The notes under the pieces were generated by a model that did no database searches, was not told where the DNA came from, and worked only from the letters and a program-made list of their open reading frames with translations. Positions 21,386 to 32,256 of a stretch of DNA of 64,000 nt are shown here, one piece after another (the first letter of the stretch is position 1; the number at the start of each line of letters is the position of its first letter). A program made the position numbers and the translations under genes. Source of the stretch: a virus; the IMG/VR virus record IMGVR_UViG_3300008116_000076; one strand, written 5' to 3'.

Positions 21386-22836
21386 TGAAAGAAATAATTC
21401 AAGTTGAAAAATATAATGAGGTTTATAATAAAATAAGTTCTGAACCTAGTATAATGATGGAATTAAGTGAATATTTTACGTTTACTGTTCCAGGCGCTAA
21501 ATTCATGCCTGCATACAAGAACAAAGTATGGGATGGTAAAATAAGATTGCTTAATCCTATGACTGGTTTGCTCTATGCTGGTCTATTGAAATATATTGAA
21601 GAATTTTGCAAATCAAGAGATTATGAATTAGAATATCTTTCAGATTTTTCATTAGAAGAATTTTCATTAAAAGAAGCAAAAGAATTTATTCTAAATATAA
21701 AACCTACGATGCAACCAAGAGATTATCAGTTGGATGCATTCGCTCATGCTGTGAGGGAAAGACGGGCAATGCTCCTTTCTCCCACAGCCTCTGGTAAATC
21801 ATTTATTATCTATCTACTTGTGAGGTATTATGCGAAACGCACTCTTATTATCGTACCAACTACTTCTTTGGTTAGTCAGCTTGCCAGTGATTTTGCTGAT
21901 TACGGTTTTGAATCCGATCGCTTTGTTCATCGTGTGTTCGCTGGACAGGATAAGGGAACAGACAAACCAATCACCATTACCACTTGGCAAAGCATATACA
22001 AGTTACCTAAAGAATTCTTTGATTCATTTGATGTTGTCATCGGAGACGAAGCTCATCTCTTCAAAGCAAAATCTCTTACTTCTATACTTACTAAACTATC
22101 CGGATGCCGCTACCGTTTTGGATTTACCGGAACATTGGATGGTACTGAAACCCACAAGCTCGTTCTTGAAGGACTCTTCGGACCAGTAAGAAAAGTAACA
22201 ACAACAAAAGAACTTATAGATAAAAAACATCTATCTGGCTTTTATATTAAAGCGTTGGTATTATCTTATCCTGATCATATCAAAAAGATGATTGCTAAAT
22301 CTAATAATTATCAATCAGAATTGGATTATATTGTAACATTACCACAAAGAAATATATTTATTAAAAATCTGGCATTGTCTCTTGAGGGTAATACTTTAAT
22401 TCTCTATCAATTTGTAGAGAAACAAGGTATGTATCTAGCAAACATATTAGGAAACAATGATAGGTCTGTACATTTCGTATCTGGAGATATATCTGGTAAT
22501 AAAAGAGAAGAAATAAGAAAGGTAGTTGAGAATGAATCTAATGCTATTATTGTCGCTTCTTTTGGTACTTTTAGTACCGGAATCAATATTAAGAATCTCC
22601 ATAATATTATTTTTGCTAGCCCAAGCAAGTCTCGTGTACGGAACCTCCAATCAATTGGTCGTGGACTACGTAAGTCTGATACAAAAACTTCTGCTACCCT
22701 TTACGATATAGCTGATGACCTTTCTTGGAAAGGAAGAAAGAACTATACATTACAACACTTTATGGAGAGAGTTAAGATATACAATGAAGAGAAGTTTGAT
22801 TATAAAATATACAAAGTATCACTGAATATTAAATAG
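21385..22836 (+). CDS. uvsW: DNA helicase UvsW
   Basis: SPTASGKS, DEAH, QSIGRGLR; start placed at the TGATG overlap. Confidence 0.95.
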   Translation: MKEIIQVEKYNEVYNKISSEPSIMMELSEYFTFTVPGAKFMPAYKNKVWDGKIRLLNPMTGLLYAGLLKYIEEFCKSRDYELEYLSDFSLEEFSLKEAKEFILNIKPTMQPRDYQLDAFAHAVRERRAMLLSPTASGKSFIIYLLVRYYAKRTLIIVPTTSLVSQLASDFADYGFESDRFVHRVFAGQDKGTDKPITITTWQSIYKLPKEFFDSFDVVIGDEAHLFKAKSLTSILTKLSGCRYRFGFTGTLDGTETHKLVLEGLFGPVRKVTTTKELIDKKHLSGFYIKALVLSYPDHIKKMIAKSNNYQSELDYIVTLPQRNIFIKNLALSLEGNTLILYQFVEKQGMYLANILGNNDRSVHFVSGDISGNKREEIRKVVENESNAIIVASFGTFSTGINIKNLHNIIFASPSKSRVRNLQSIGRGLRKSDTKTSATLYDIADDLSWKGRKNYTLQHFMERVKIYNEEKFDYKIYKVSLNIK

Positions 22837-22857
22837 TATCTTCATTCCCACAACAGT

Positions 22858-22885
22858 ATTATACCACTATTAGAAATTCTGTCAA
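22858..22885 (-). promoter_or_regulatory. Antisense sigma70-type promoter
   Basis: Minus strand reads TTGACA-16-TATAAT with TG extended -10. Confidence 0.6.
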
Positions 22886-22899
22886 GTTAAAAATTCGTA

Positions 22900-23448
22900 A
22901 TGGAGAAGAATATGATTAAAAAAAGAAATTATGTGAACAATAAGACACTATATGGTGTTATTATTCATTATAGAACAGATCTACATGAATCCATCAAGAA
23001 AAAGGTTGACAAGCCAATAGTTCCGCAGTATATTGGTGAGGCTATTATTTTGATTTGTAATAACTTGGCCAAGAAGCCAAACTTCTCAGGATATACCTAT
23101 AAAGAAGATATGATCAATGACGGCATCATGGACTGTATAGCCGCCGTTGACAATTTTGATCCAGACAAGACGAACAATCCATTTGCCTATTTTACACAGA
23201 TAGCATGGAATGCCTTTGTCAGACGTATTCATAAAGAAAAGAAACAGACATACATAAAACATAAAAACTATGAAAATACTTTTCTTTTGGACAGGTATGA
23301 AGAAGTAACACATGCTACACAACTGAAATCAAATGAATATTCAGCGGAGATAGTAAAATCATTTGAAGAAAAGTTGACAAAACCAAAAAAGCCTGTTAAA
23401 ATCACAGCACTTGATAAATTTATAAAAGAGGAAAAAAATGAAGAATGA
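22900..23448 (+). CDS. 55: Late sigma factor gp55
   Basis: NYVNNK, PNFSGYTYKEDMI, NPFAYFTQIAWNAF. Confidence 0.95.
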   Translation: MEKNMIKKRNYVNNKTLYGVIIHYRTDLHESIKKKVDKPIVPQYIGEAIILICNNLAKKPNFSGYTYKEDMINDGIMDCIAAVDNFDPDKTNNPFAYFTQIAWNAFVRRIHKEKKQTYIKHKNYENTFLLDRYEEVTHATQLKSNEYSAEIVKSFEEKLTKPKKPVKITALDKFIKEEKNEE

Positions 23449-23626
23449 ACATTTAGTTCCTGTTAACATTCAGGATATTGTCGCACGACTGAAAGAAAAA
23501 AGTATTTCTACAAATGAGAAACTAGTATTGCTTCAGAGACTTGAAGCAGTCAGAGACTTTTGTGATGATGCTTATAAGAAGCATAATTACGCTGATTTTG
23601 GTCAGGTATATTCAGGAAGAAAATGA
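23438..23626 (+). CDS. Hypothetical protein
   Basis: 62-aa ORF with RBS, overlapping its neighbours. Confidence 0.6.
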   Translation: MKNEHLVPVNIQDIVARLKEKSISTNEKLVLLQRLEAVRDFCDDAYKKHNYADFGQVYSGRK

Positions 23627-24678
23627 AAGTAGTAATCCTTACAGATAGCCATGCGGGAGTCAAAAATGACTCCCTTGCTTTTCACGACTATATGAAGAGT
23701 TTTTATGATTTCTTTTTTCAATATATCGATGATAACAATATCACAACTGTCATTCATTGCGGGGATATTATTGATCGTCGTAAGTATATTAACATTTATA
23801 CTGCTTATCGGCTCCGCAAGGACTTAATTGAACCTGCTATGAGCCGGGGTATTAAATGGCATCAGATTCTTGGTAATCATGATGTTTCATTTAAAAATAC
23901 AAATGATGTCAGTTCTTTTAGAGAACTTTTTAATGCATATCCTCTAAATATATATGACAAGGCAACGGAAATCAAAATAGATGGTATTGACATTCTTCTG
24001 TTGCCTTGGATCAATCAGGAAAACAGGGATCATGCCCAAAAACTAATTAAGGAAACTAATGCTCAAATTTGTTTCGGACATCTTGAAATACAAGGTTTCG
24101 AAATGTATAAAGGATCGCCAATCTCTCATGGAGACGATCCTAGAATGTTTGAAAGATTTGATTTCGTTGCTAGTGGTCATTATCATCATAGGTCAAGCAG
24201 GGGCAATATTCATTACTTGGGTAGTGCTGCAGAGTATACTTGGTCTGATTATGATGATCCACGAGGGTTTAATGTTTTTGACACAGAAACGAGAAAGTTA
24301 ACCTTCGTTCAAAATCCTTTTAAAATGTTCTATAAATTTTGGTATGATGATGAAAAAGTAAACTTTTTGGAACAGGATATAGATTACACACAGTTTGCAA
24401 ATAAATGTGTGAAGGTGATTATTCAATCCAAAAACAATCCATACTTTTTTGAGACATTTATTGATAAGGTCCAGAAACAAAATCCAGTAGAATTACAGGT
24501 AGTTGAGGATCATTTAAATCTTGGGGTTGAAGACGACCAGGATATCATAAATGAAGCCGAATCTACTCTTGATATATTTAAAACCTATATCATGAACACA
24601 GATTCTAAAGGCATTGATAAAGAAAAGTTACAGAATAAAATACATGAACTATATCATGAGGCTTTGACATTGGAATGA
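23623..24678 (+). CDS. 47: Recombination endonuclease gp47 (Mre11-like)
   Basis: TDSHAG, GDIIDRRK, GNHD, SGHYH phosphoesterase motifs. Confidence 0.95.
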   Translation: MKVVILTDSHAGVKNDSLAFHDYMKSFYDFFFQYIDDNNITTVIHCGDIIDRRKYINIYTAYRLRKDLIEPAMSRGIKWHQILGNHDVSFKNTNDVSSFRELFNAYPLNIYDKATEIKIDGIDILLLPWINQENRDHAQKLIKETNAQICFGHLEIQGFEMYKGSPISHGDDPRMFERFDFVASGHYHHRSSRGNIHYLGSAAEYTWSDYDDPRGFNVFDTETRKLTFVQNPFKMFYKFWYDDEKVNFLEQDIDYTQFANKCVKVIIQSKNNPYFFETFIDKVQKQNPVELQVVEDHLNLGVEDDQDIINEAESTLDIFKTYIMNTDSKGIDKEKLQNKIHELYHEALTLE

Positions 24679-26381
24679 TTTATTTTAGGAAAATACGATG
24701 GAAAAATTTTCTTTCGACTGGGAACGTTTTTACAGAGATAGACCTAGCGAGCAAAGAGACCACACTTATTGTTGGACAGAACGGGGCTGGAAAATCCACG
24801 ATTCTAGATGCGTTGACTTTTGGTCTTTTTGGAAAGCCCTTTCGAAAGATAAACAAGCCACAACTTCTGAATTCCATCAATCAAAAAAATTTAGAAGTTG
24901 AGGTAGAATTTTCTATTGGTTCCAACGAATACAAAATTATTCGTGGGCTGAAACCTAGTGTGTTTGAAGTCTATAAAAATGATAGTCTTCTTAATCAATC
25001 AGCAGAATCAAAAGATTATCAGGAAATCCTTGAGACTCAGATTCTTAAGGTAAACTATAAGTCTTTTTGTCATGTTGTTATTTTGGGTTCGGCGACCTTC
25101 CAACCTTTCATGCAACTTCCGGCTGCACAGAGACGTGAGATTATCGAAGACCTTTTGGACCTTCAGATTTTCTCAACTATGAATACCCTATTAAAGGACA
25201 AAGTTTCTTCTAACAAGGAAGAACTAGAAGAAGTTGTTTCAGACAGAAAAGTTCTTGAGTCAAAGATTGAAATGACAAAAGAACACATTAAAGAAGTTCA
25301 AACAAACAATGAAAAAATAATTGAAGAAAAGAAATCATTTATTAAACAGTCAGAAGACTTGATTAAGGAATATACAGAAAAGTATAATTTCCTTAAAGAT
25401 ACGATTGATGCCATTCAGTCTGAAATTGGAGATGACAAGTCTATCAGAACCAAGATGGAAAAGATGTCTAAAATTAGACATCAATTAGAATTAAGAATTG
25501 ACCTTCTTAATAAAGAGGTTAAGTTTCTTAATGAACACACAAACTGTCCTACATGTAAACAGGATATTGATGAATACTTTAGAGTAAAAAGTATTGAAAA
25601 GAATAAAAAAGATATAATAGAAAAGAAGGATGGTCTTGAATTACTCAATAAAGAATACGAAGAACTTAATGATCGTCTGAAAGAGTTTATTAAAAAGAAT
25701 GATGAAATTCATAGACATGAAATGTCAAAGATTGAATTGAGAACCGCAATTTCTAATCATTCTAAGTCGATTGAACAACTACAGACTGAAATTGAAAATC
25801 TTGGAAAAGTTCATAAAGAGAATTCAGATAACAAACTTATAGACTATGAAAATGAGTTGAAAGAAATTGAGGTTAGATATAATATATTAACAGAGGATAA
25901 AAATGTTCTCTCGGCTGCTTCGGTGTTACTAAAAGATACTGGTATTAAATCAAAGATTGTAAAACAGTATATACCAGTCATCAACAAGTTTATCAACAAA
26001 TATCTTTCGGCTATGGACTTTTTCGTTTCGTTTGAATTGGATGAAAACTTTAATGAAACTTTAAAGTCAAGATATAGGGATGAATTTACCTATGCATCAT
26101 TTTCAGAAGGTGAAAAGCAAAAGATTGACCTTGCTCTATTGTTCACATGGAGAGCAGTAGCAAAACTTAGAAATTCTATTAACACAAATCTATTGATCAT
26201 GGATGAAATCTTTGATTCTTCTCTTGATCAAAATTCTACTGATTATCTAATGAACATTATTCGTGAGGTATCAAAAGATAGTAATATTATTGTTATATCT
26301 CATAAGGAACAAATGAATGAGAAGTTCAGTAATGTTCTAAAGTTTGTTAAGCATAAAAGTTTCTCAGAAATAGGAGCGTAA
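24675..26381 (+). CDS. 46: Recombination ATPase gp46 (Rad50-like)
   Basis: GQNGAGKST, CPTC hook, FSEGEK, MDEIFDSSLD. Confidence 0.96.
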   Translation: MIYFRKIRWKNFLSTGNVFTEIDLASKETTLIVGQNGAGKSTILDALTFGLFGKPFRKINKPQLLNSINQKNLEVEVEFSIGSNEYKIIRGLKPSVFEVYKNDSLLNQSAESKDYQEILETQILKVNYKSFCHVVILGSATFQPFMQLPAAQRREIIEDLLDLQIFSTMNTLLKDKVSSNKEELEEVVSDRKVLESKIEMTKEHIKEVQTNNEKIIEEKKSFIKQSEDLIKEYTEKYNFLKDTIDAIQSEIGDDKSIRTKMEKMSKIRHQLELRIDLLNKEVKFLNEHTNCPTCKQDIDEYFRVKSIEKNKKDIIEKKDGLELLNKEYEELNDRLKEFIKKNDEIHRHEMSKIELRTAISNHSKSIEQLQTEIENLGKVHKENSDNKLIDYENELKEIEVRYNILTEDKNVLSAASVLLKDTGIKSKIVKQYIPVINKFINKYLSAMDFFVSFELDENFNETLKSRYRDEFTYASFSEGEKQKIDLALLFTWRAVAKLRNSINTNLLIMDEIFDSSLDQNSTDYLMNIIREVSKDSNIIVISHKEQMNEKFSNVLKFVKHKSFSEIGA

Positions 26382-26384
26382 ACT

Positions 26385-26855
26385 GTGGATTTAGATAAAA
26401 GATATCTATTGGAAAAGTGTGAGCCTTTTGATTTTTCAAATCCTCCATTTGACCCTATAGAATATGCAAAGATTTTAATTCATTTCATGTATGAAAAAAA
26501 TGCATTGGGGTTAGCAGCTAATCAGGTAGGAAACCCATACCGTATTTTTGCCATGAGAGGATCGCCTGAAAATTTTGTTTGTTATAATCCCAGAATTATT
26601 GACGCCAGCGAAAAACAAATAGTTTTAGAAGAAGGATGTTTATCGTATCCTAATTTAATTGTGAAAATAAAAAGACCCGAATCAATTCGTGTAAGGTTTA
26701 ATATACCAAATGGTGATACTATAACCAAACAATTCACTGGTATGACAGCAAGAGTTTTTCAACATGAATTTGATCATCTTGAAGGCACAGTGTTTTATAA
26801 TAAAGCCAATAGAGTTCATCGTGAACAGGCTATGAGAAGATGGAGAAATTCTTGA
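26385..26855 (+). CDS. def: Peptide deformylase
   Basis: GLAANQVG, EGCLS, QHEFDHLEG. Confidence 0.95.
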   Translation: MDLDKRYLLEKCEPFDFSNPPFDPIEYAKILIHFMYEKNALGLAANQVGNPYRIFAMRGSPENFVCYNPRIIDASEKQIVLEEGCLSYPNLIVKIKRPESIRVRFNIPNGDTITKQFTGMTARVFQHEFDHLEGTVFYNKANRVHREQAMRRWRNS

Positions 26856-27086
26856 TGAATAAAATAACTGAATTTTTAACAAAATATGGTTATGAGAAGA
26901 AAGAAGAATATGGCATAGAAAAAACTGCTATTTTTATTCCGAAGGAGAGATAATGAAGTATTTTCCATTTGACAAACTGAACGATATGGTGTATTATCAG
27001 CACAAGTTTGAAGAAACTCTACTGTTTGCTGCAGTCTGTTTCTTCATATACTTCCTTATCAAGGTTTTCATCTTACTGGACAACTA

Positions 27087-27623
27087 ATGAACATCTTCTA
27101 TATAGATCATGATCCTGTCAAAGCAGCCCGTATGATGGTAGATAAGCATGTCGTCAAGATGATTCTTGAATCGGCACAATTACTTTCTACCGCCCATCGT
27201 TTACTTGATGGGTTTGAGTTTATAGGTAAGACAAAGACAGGGCGTAATGCGAAGAGGTGGGAACTTCATGATGCACGTGAACCAGTTGTGTATCAGGCCA
27301 CACACATCAATCATCCTAGTGCCGTATGGTGCCGTGCGAGCATTGAAAATTATAATTGGCTAGTTAATCATATGTTTGCTCTTATGCAGGAGTATACATA
27401 TCGTTATGATAAGAAACATAAATGTGATGGTGATCTTAGCTATATGCTATCATCACCTCCCCACAATCTTAATGACTATGATTGGACACCAATGCCGTCA
27501 TGTATGGATGACGAATATAAAGTTTCAGAAGACGATCCCATGATCAATTATAGAAACTATTATAGGCTAGGTAAAAAGAACTTACATAAGTGGACTAAAC
27601 GTGAGAAACCAGAATGGATATAA
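27087..27623 (+). CDS. Pyrimidine-dimer DNA glycosylase-related (DenV-superfamily) protein
   Basis: MNIFYID...DKHVVKMILESAQLLSTAH...HINHPSAVW. Confidence 0.7.
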   Translation: MNIFYIDHDPVKAARMMVDKHVVKMILESAQLLSTAHRLLDGFEFIGKTKTGRNAKRWELHDAREPVVYQATHINHPSAVWCRASIENYNWLVNHMFALMQEYTYRYDKKHKCDGDLSYMLSSPPHNLNDYDWTPMPSCMDDEYKVSEDDPMINYRNYYRLGKKNLHKWTKREKPEWI

Positions 27624-28192
27624 AACCTACTTTAGTGATAGATGATTTGATTCCTGAAAATCTACAGAACGAATATCATGATCTGATCATGTCCAGAAGA
27701 GAATGGTGTTTCGTAAAGGATATGTCATATAGTAACGGTGAGTTAAGATATCCATCCTATGGATTTAATATGTTGTTTAAGCACCCAGAACATGGCGTTA
27801 TTTCAGATTTATATGAAGCTGTTTCTGTACCAATTATAAATGCATTATTAGATAAAGAAAAACTGAATATATCAGAAATATTTTTCAATAGAGCATTTCT
27901 ACAACTACCTTTGTCGCCAGCTTTTTATAAAGAACAAAATGGTTTACATGTGGATTTACCAGATCCACATTACGCTTGTGTTTATTATTTGAATGACTCT
28001 GATGGTGATACCATCATTATGGAACAGACTATAGTTAATACACCCCCAGGTTCACAAGGTGTTGATGTTAAAATCCATCAAAGAGTTACACCAAAAAAAG
28101 GTAGAATGGTTGTGTTCGATGGTAGGAGATATCATTGTTCAAGTCAACCATCTGAATCGTATCGTGCAATAATAAATTTTGACTTAGTATAG
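27614..28192 (+). CDS. 2OG-Fe(II) oxygenase
   Basis: HVD...YYLNDSDGDT...H...R motif. Confidence 0.8.
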   Translation: MDIKPTLVIDDLIPENLQNEYHDLIMSRREWCFVKDMSYSNGELRYPSYGFNMLFKHPEHGVISDLYEAVSVPIINALLDKEKLNISEIFFNRAFLQLPLSPAFYKEQNGLHVDLPDPHYACVYYLNDSDGDTIIMEQTIVNTPPGSQGVDVKIHQRVTPKKGRMVVFDGRRYHCSSQPSESYRAIINFDLV

Positions 28193-28202
28193 AGGATATA
28201 AC

Positions 28203-28580
28203 ATGAGCAATATGTATCAAGATGTTAAGGATTTTCAATTGGCCGTTGGACAGAATGTAGGTGAAACACCAGCGTTTCCTGATGGACCAGAACGTGCATT
28301 ACGTATGCGTTTGCTAGAAGAAGAATTTAACGAATATCAAAAGGGTGAATATAATAATGATTTGGAGAATATTGCTAAGGAGCTTGCTGATATTATTTAC
28401 ATTGTTTGTGGTACTGCTGTATCCTATGGAATCCCTCTTGACAAAGTATTTAACGCCGTCCACGAAAGCAACATGGCAAAATTAGTAGATGGAAAGCCAA
28501 TTCGTAGAGAAGATGGGAAGATTTTGAAGCCAGAAGGCTGGACACCACCGGATATTAAAAAAGTTCTTTATGGAGTTTAA
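28203..28580 (+). CDS. MazG-like NTP pyrophosphohydrolase
   Basis: LLEEEFNE..KELADIIY..VHESNMAK..GKILKP. Confidence 0.85.
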   Translation: MSNMYQDVKDFQLAVGQNVGETPAFPDGPERALRMRLLEEEFNEYQKGEYNNDLENIAKELADIIYIVCGTAVSYGIPLDKVFNAVHESNMAKLVDGKPIRREDGKILKPEGWTPPDIKKVLYGV

Positions 28581-28945
28581 TGATGGTTACTATATACGAT
28601 GAATCAGGATTTCCTATTGGTGAAGCGGGTGATATTGTGGACACAAAAAATTTAACCATTGAATATACATATAATTATAAATATATGGAAGATCAGATTA
28701 TTTATGATTTTCATGAATATATTAATAAGACTTACCAAGAGCATTACAAGACAGAAGATAAAGGTATCGAGTGCTTCGATGCTTGGATTGCTCTTGGGAA
28801 CTCTTCTACGTCATTCAGGGATACAGCAATGAAGTATCTATGGAGATATGGAAAGAAGAAGGGACTAAATAAGGATGACCTATTCAAAGTAATTCATTAT
28901 GCTTTGATGATGTTATATGTTGATCATTATAAGAAAGGTGACTAA
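28580..28945 (+). CDS. DUF3310-like protein
   Basis: HY..IECFD..MKYLWRYGKK..DLFKVIHY. Confidence 0.7.
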   Translation: MMVTIYDESGFPIGEAGDIVDTKNLTIEYTYNYKYMEDQIIYDFHEYINKTYQEHYKTEDKGIECFDAWIALGNSSTSFRDTAMKYLWRYGKKKGLNKDDLFKVIHYALMMLYVDHYKKGD

Positions 28946-29803
28946 ATGGAAATAAAAATTCCTATTGAAAAGCTACGTGAAAGAAAGTTATTTGTTGCTG
29001 CACCAATGTATGGTGGACAATGTGCGGGTATGTTTGCTAAATCATGTGCAGACTTGTCGGCTCTTTGTACTCAATACGGTATTCCCCTTCAATATTACTA
29101 TCTTTTTAACGAATCGCTAATCACAAGAGCACGAAACTATTGTTGTGACGAATTCATGAGATCAGAGTCACAGCATTTAATGTTTATTGATTCTGATATT
29201 GGTTTTAATCCACAAGACGTTATTGCTCTTATGGCACTTCAAGCTAACGAAGAAGATAAGTACGACATCATTGGTGGTCCATACCCAAAGAAGTGTATTT
29301 CTTGGGAAAAGATTAAGATGGCAGTAGATAAAGGTATTGCTGACGAAAATCCAAATGTCCTTGAAAACTTTGTTGGTGATTATGTATTCAATCCAAAGGG
29401 TGGGCAGCAGTCTATTCCTCTGAACGAACCAGTTGAAGTTCTTGAAATTGGAACTGGATTTATGATGGTCTCCAAGAAGGCTATGCAGACCTTTTATGAC
29501 AAGTATAAGGATCAGTATTCATACAAGCCAGATCATGTTCGCACAGAGCATTTTGATGGAACCAGAGAAATTCTACAGTTCTTTCAGGCAGAGATTGATC
29601 CCAAGTCTAAGCGTTATCTATCAGAGGATTATTGGTTCTGTCAGAAGGCACAAGACATTGGTCTACGCACATGGTTCTGTCCATGGATGAAAATGCAGCA
29701 TGTTGGAACCTACATTTTCGGTGGTTCTCTGGCTGATTTGGCACAGATTGGCGCATCAGCAACAGCCGATCCCGGCGCTATTGGTGGTAAAAAGAAGAAG
29801 TGA
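28946..29803 (+). CDS. GT-A-fold glycosyltransferase-like protein
   Basis: ESLITRARN, FIDSDI (DxD), GTGFMM, LSEDYWFC. Confidence 0.65.
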   Translation: MEIKIPIEKLRERKLFVAAPMYGGQCAGMFAKSCADLSALCTQYGIPLQYYYLFNESLITRARNYCCDEFMRSESQHLMFIDSDIGFNPQDVIALMALQANEEDKYDIIGGPYPKKCISWEKIKMAVDKGIADENPNVLENFVGDYVFNPKGGQQSIPLNEPVEVLEIGTGFMMVSKKAMQTFYDKYKDQYSYKPDHVRTEHFDGTREILQFFQAEIDPKSKRYLSEDYWFCQKAQDIGLRTWFCPWMKMQHVGTYIFGGSLADLAQIGASATADPGAIGGKKKK

Positions 29804-29818
29804 TAGGAGATATATATT

Positions 29819-30481
29819 ATGAAGATTGACGTGGAAACTATCAATGTGTTAAAGAACTTTTCCAAGATTAATGCGGGAATTATCATTCCTGCAGGAAATG
29901 TTATTAAGACACTTTCAAGACTAGAAACTGTTAAGGGAATTGCAACTGTTCCTACACATTTTCCTAGAAAGTTTGCCATCTATAATCTGGATCGTTTCAT
30001 TGGAGTATTGAGTCTTTTTAACGATCCAGATTTAGAGTTTACAGATACTTCTGTAATCATTTCTGACAATAACAGAAATATCAATTACATGTATGCAGAT
30101 GAATCAACTCTGGAGTTTGATAAAGTTAACAAAGAAATTAAAATACCAGACAATTATTGTAAGTTTACCTTAACAAATGATATTTTTAAGGACTTAGATA
30201 AGGCTGCTGGTGTTCTTTCAGTTCCAGATATTGTCATCAAAGGCGATGGAAATAATCTTTATCTTCAAGCTGCTGATGTACAAAATCCATCAAGTGATAG
30301 GTATTCTATCAACATTGGAAATACAGATAAGGTATTTTCTGCAGTCTATAAGATTGAAAACTTCAAATTCTTACCAAAGACATATGATGTTCAAATTTCA
30401 TCAGCCGGAATTACTCATTATGTAGGTGAGAACATTGAATATTTCGCTGTAGTCGAAGAAAAGACTTCTTTCTTTAAATAA
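29819..30481 (+). CDS. 45: Sliding clamp gp45
   Basis: TINVLKNFSKIN, FAIYNLDRF; synteny with 44/62. Confidence 0.9.
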   Translation: MKIDVETINVLKNFSKINAGIIIPAGNVIKTLSRLETVKGIATVPTHFPRKFAIYNLDRFIGVLSLFNDPDLEFTDTSVIISDNNRNINYMYADESTLEFDKVNKEIKIPDNYCKFTLTNDIFKDLDKAAGVLSVPDIVIKGDGNNLYLQAADVQNPSSDRYSINIGNTDKVFSAVYKIENFKFLPKTYDVQISSAGITHYVGENIEYFAVVEEKTSFFK

Positions 30482-30505
30482 GGGGATTTATTCCCCTTTC
30501 TTTTT
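30480..30505 (+). terminator. Hairpin/terminator after gp45
   Basis: AAGGGGA-TTTAT-TCCCCTT plus T-run. Confidence 0.6.
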
Positions 30506-30521
30506 ACTATGAGGATATATT

Positions 30522-31460
30522 ATGAGAAATGAATTTCTGTGGGTTGAAAAGTATCGTCCAAAGACTATTGAGGATACTATTCTTCCTTGTGACTTAAAGA
30601 AGACTTTTCAACAGTTTGTTGATCAGAAAAATGTTCCCAATCTTATTCTATCAGGCACAGCAGGGGTTGGTAAGACAACTGTTGCTCGTGCTATGCTTGA
30701 ACAGTTGGGTTGTGATTATATCGTAATTAATGGATCTATGAATGGAAACATCGACACGCTACGAAACGAAATCCTTAACTTCGCCTCAACAGTTAGTTTG
30801 TCTGGTGGAAGGAAATACGTCATCCTCGATGAGGCAGACTATCTCAACGCCAACTCAACACAACCTGCGTTACGTAACTTCATGGAGGAGTTCTCTCGTA
30901 ATTGTGGATTTATCCTCACCTGTAATTTCAAGAACCGTATTATCGAACCGCTCCACTCTAGGTGCTCGGTAATTGATTTTAAGATTAACAAGAAGGCAAT
31001 GGCCAAACTTGCTACTCAGTTCTTCAAGCGTGTTACAAAAATTCTTGAAGAAGAAAAAGTAGAATATGAACAACAGGTTGTGGCACAAGTCATCAATAAA
31101 TATTTCCCTGATTGGCGTCGTGTTCTTAACGAACTACAGCGTTATTCCGCTGTAGGAAAGATTGATACAGGAATTCTGGTAAATCTACAAGAAACATCAA
31201 TCGTTGAACTGGTTGGATTTCTCAAAGAGAAAAACTATACAGAAGTTCGTAAATGGGCCAAGAATAACCTTGACACAGACGTTAATGAATTGTATACTAA
31301 GTTCTATGAGATTTCATCTGATATTTGCACAAAACAGACAGCACCACAACTGGTTCTTGATGTGGCCAGATATCAATATCAGAATGCCTTTGTTGCTAAT
31401 CCAGAGATTAACTTTCTGGCATTTCTAATTGAAGTCATGATGAATTGTGAGTTTGTTTGA
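30522..31460 (+). CDS. 44: Clamp loader large subunit gp44
   Basis: LWVEKYRP, GVGKTT, DEAD, SRC. Confidence 0.96.
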   Translation: MRNEFLWVEKYRPKTIEDTILPCDLKKTFQQFVDQKNVPNLILSGTAGVGKTTVARAMLEQLGCDYIVINGSMNGNIDTLRNEILNFASTVSLSGGRKYVILDEADYLNANSTQPALRNFMEEFSRNCGFILTCNFKNRIIEPLHSRCSVIDFKINKKAMAKLATQFFKRVTKILEEEKVEYEQQVVAQVINKYFPDWRRVLNELQRYSAVGKIDTGILVNLQETSIVELVGFLKEKNYTEVRKWAKNNLDTDVNELYTKFYEISSDICTKQTAPQLVLDVARYQYQNAFVANPEINFLAFLIEVMMNCEFV

Positions 31461-31849
31461 TGTCTGATAAGTATGATTGGAGATATGAGAATAGCATCAT
31501 CAATGGTAAAAAAATTGACCTAGACGGTGATTATAATAAATGGAGAATCAATAATGTCCTTGCTAACCACAAGGACATTATTCTCTATGTAAATGAGATT
31601 AATAAGTATGATCTAACTGATCAAATGCATTATGACTATCTTTTCAATTCTGTCAGAAAGTGTAAAAGATGGGCGAAGCCTCTGTCTAAAGAAGAAAAGA
31701 AGGTCAAAGAGGAAGAATTACAGTTAATTTCTTTAATTTCAGAATATTATAAATATAATACGCTGCGAGCAAAAGAAGCATTGAAGGTTCTTTCGGCAGA
31801 TGACATAGAAAATATAAGAAGAAAATTAGACAAAGGTGGAGTAAAATGA
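31457..31849 (+). CDS. 62: Clamp loader small subunit gp62
   Basis: HYDYLFNSVRK..EYYKYN..AKEALKVL; synteny. Confidence 0.85.
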   Translation: MMSDKYDWRYENSIINGKKIDLDGDYNKWRINNVLANHKDIILYVNEINKYDLTDQMHYDYLFNSVRKCKRWAKPLSKEEKKVKEEELQLISLISEYYKYNTLRAKEALKVLSADDIENIRRKLDKGGVK

Positions 31850-32247
31850 ATGAATATTTGGAATCTTTAATTGAAGTTAGAATAGCCGAAGAAGAAGATT
31901 TTCTTAAGATTAAAGAAACACTTACTAGAATTGGCGTCGCATCCCGTAAAGAGAAAAAGCTTTATCAATCTTGCCATATATTTCATAAGCAGGGCAAGTA
32001 TTATATTGTTCATTTTAAAGAAATGTTTATTATTGATGGAAAGCCATCTAATTTTTCTGATGAAGATAAGGGTAGAAGAAATAAGATAGCCAATCTTCTA
32101 CAGGAATGGGGTTTACTTAAAATAGTAAATTCTGAAATGACAGAAGAACCAATGGCCTCTATGAGTCAAATTAAGATCATCAATCATAAAGAAAAGAATG
32201 ATTGGGTTCTTGAATCAAAGTATAATATGGGTAGAAAAAAGAAGTAA
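31846..32247 (+). CDS. regA: Translational repressor RegA
   Basis: FLKIKETLTRIGVAS..LYQSCHIFHKQGKYYIVHFKE. Confidence 0.96.
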   Translation: MNEYLESLIEVRIAEEEDFLKIKETLTRIGVASRKEKKLYQSCHIFHKQGKYYIVHFKEMFIIDGKPSNFSDEDKGRRNKIANLLQEWGLLKIVNSEMTEEPMASMSQIKIINHKEKNDWVLESKYNMGRKKK

Positions 32248-32256
32248 GGATATATT

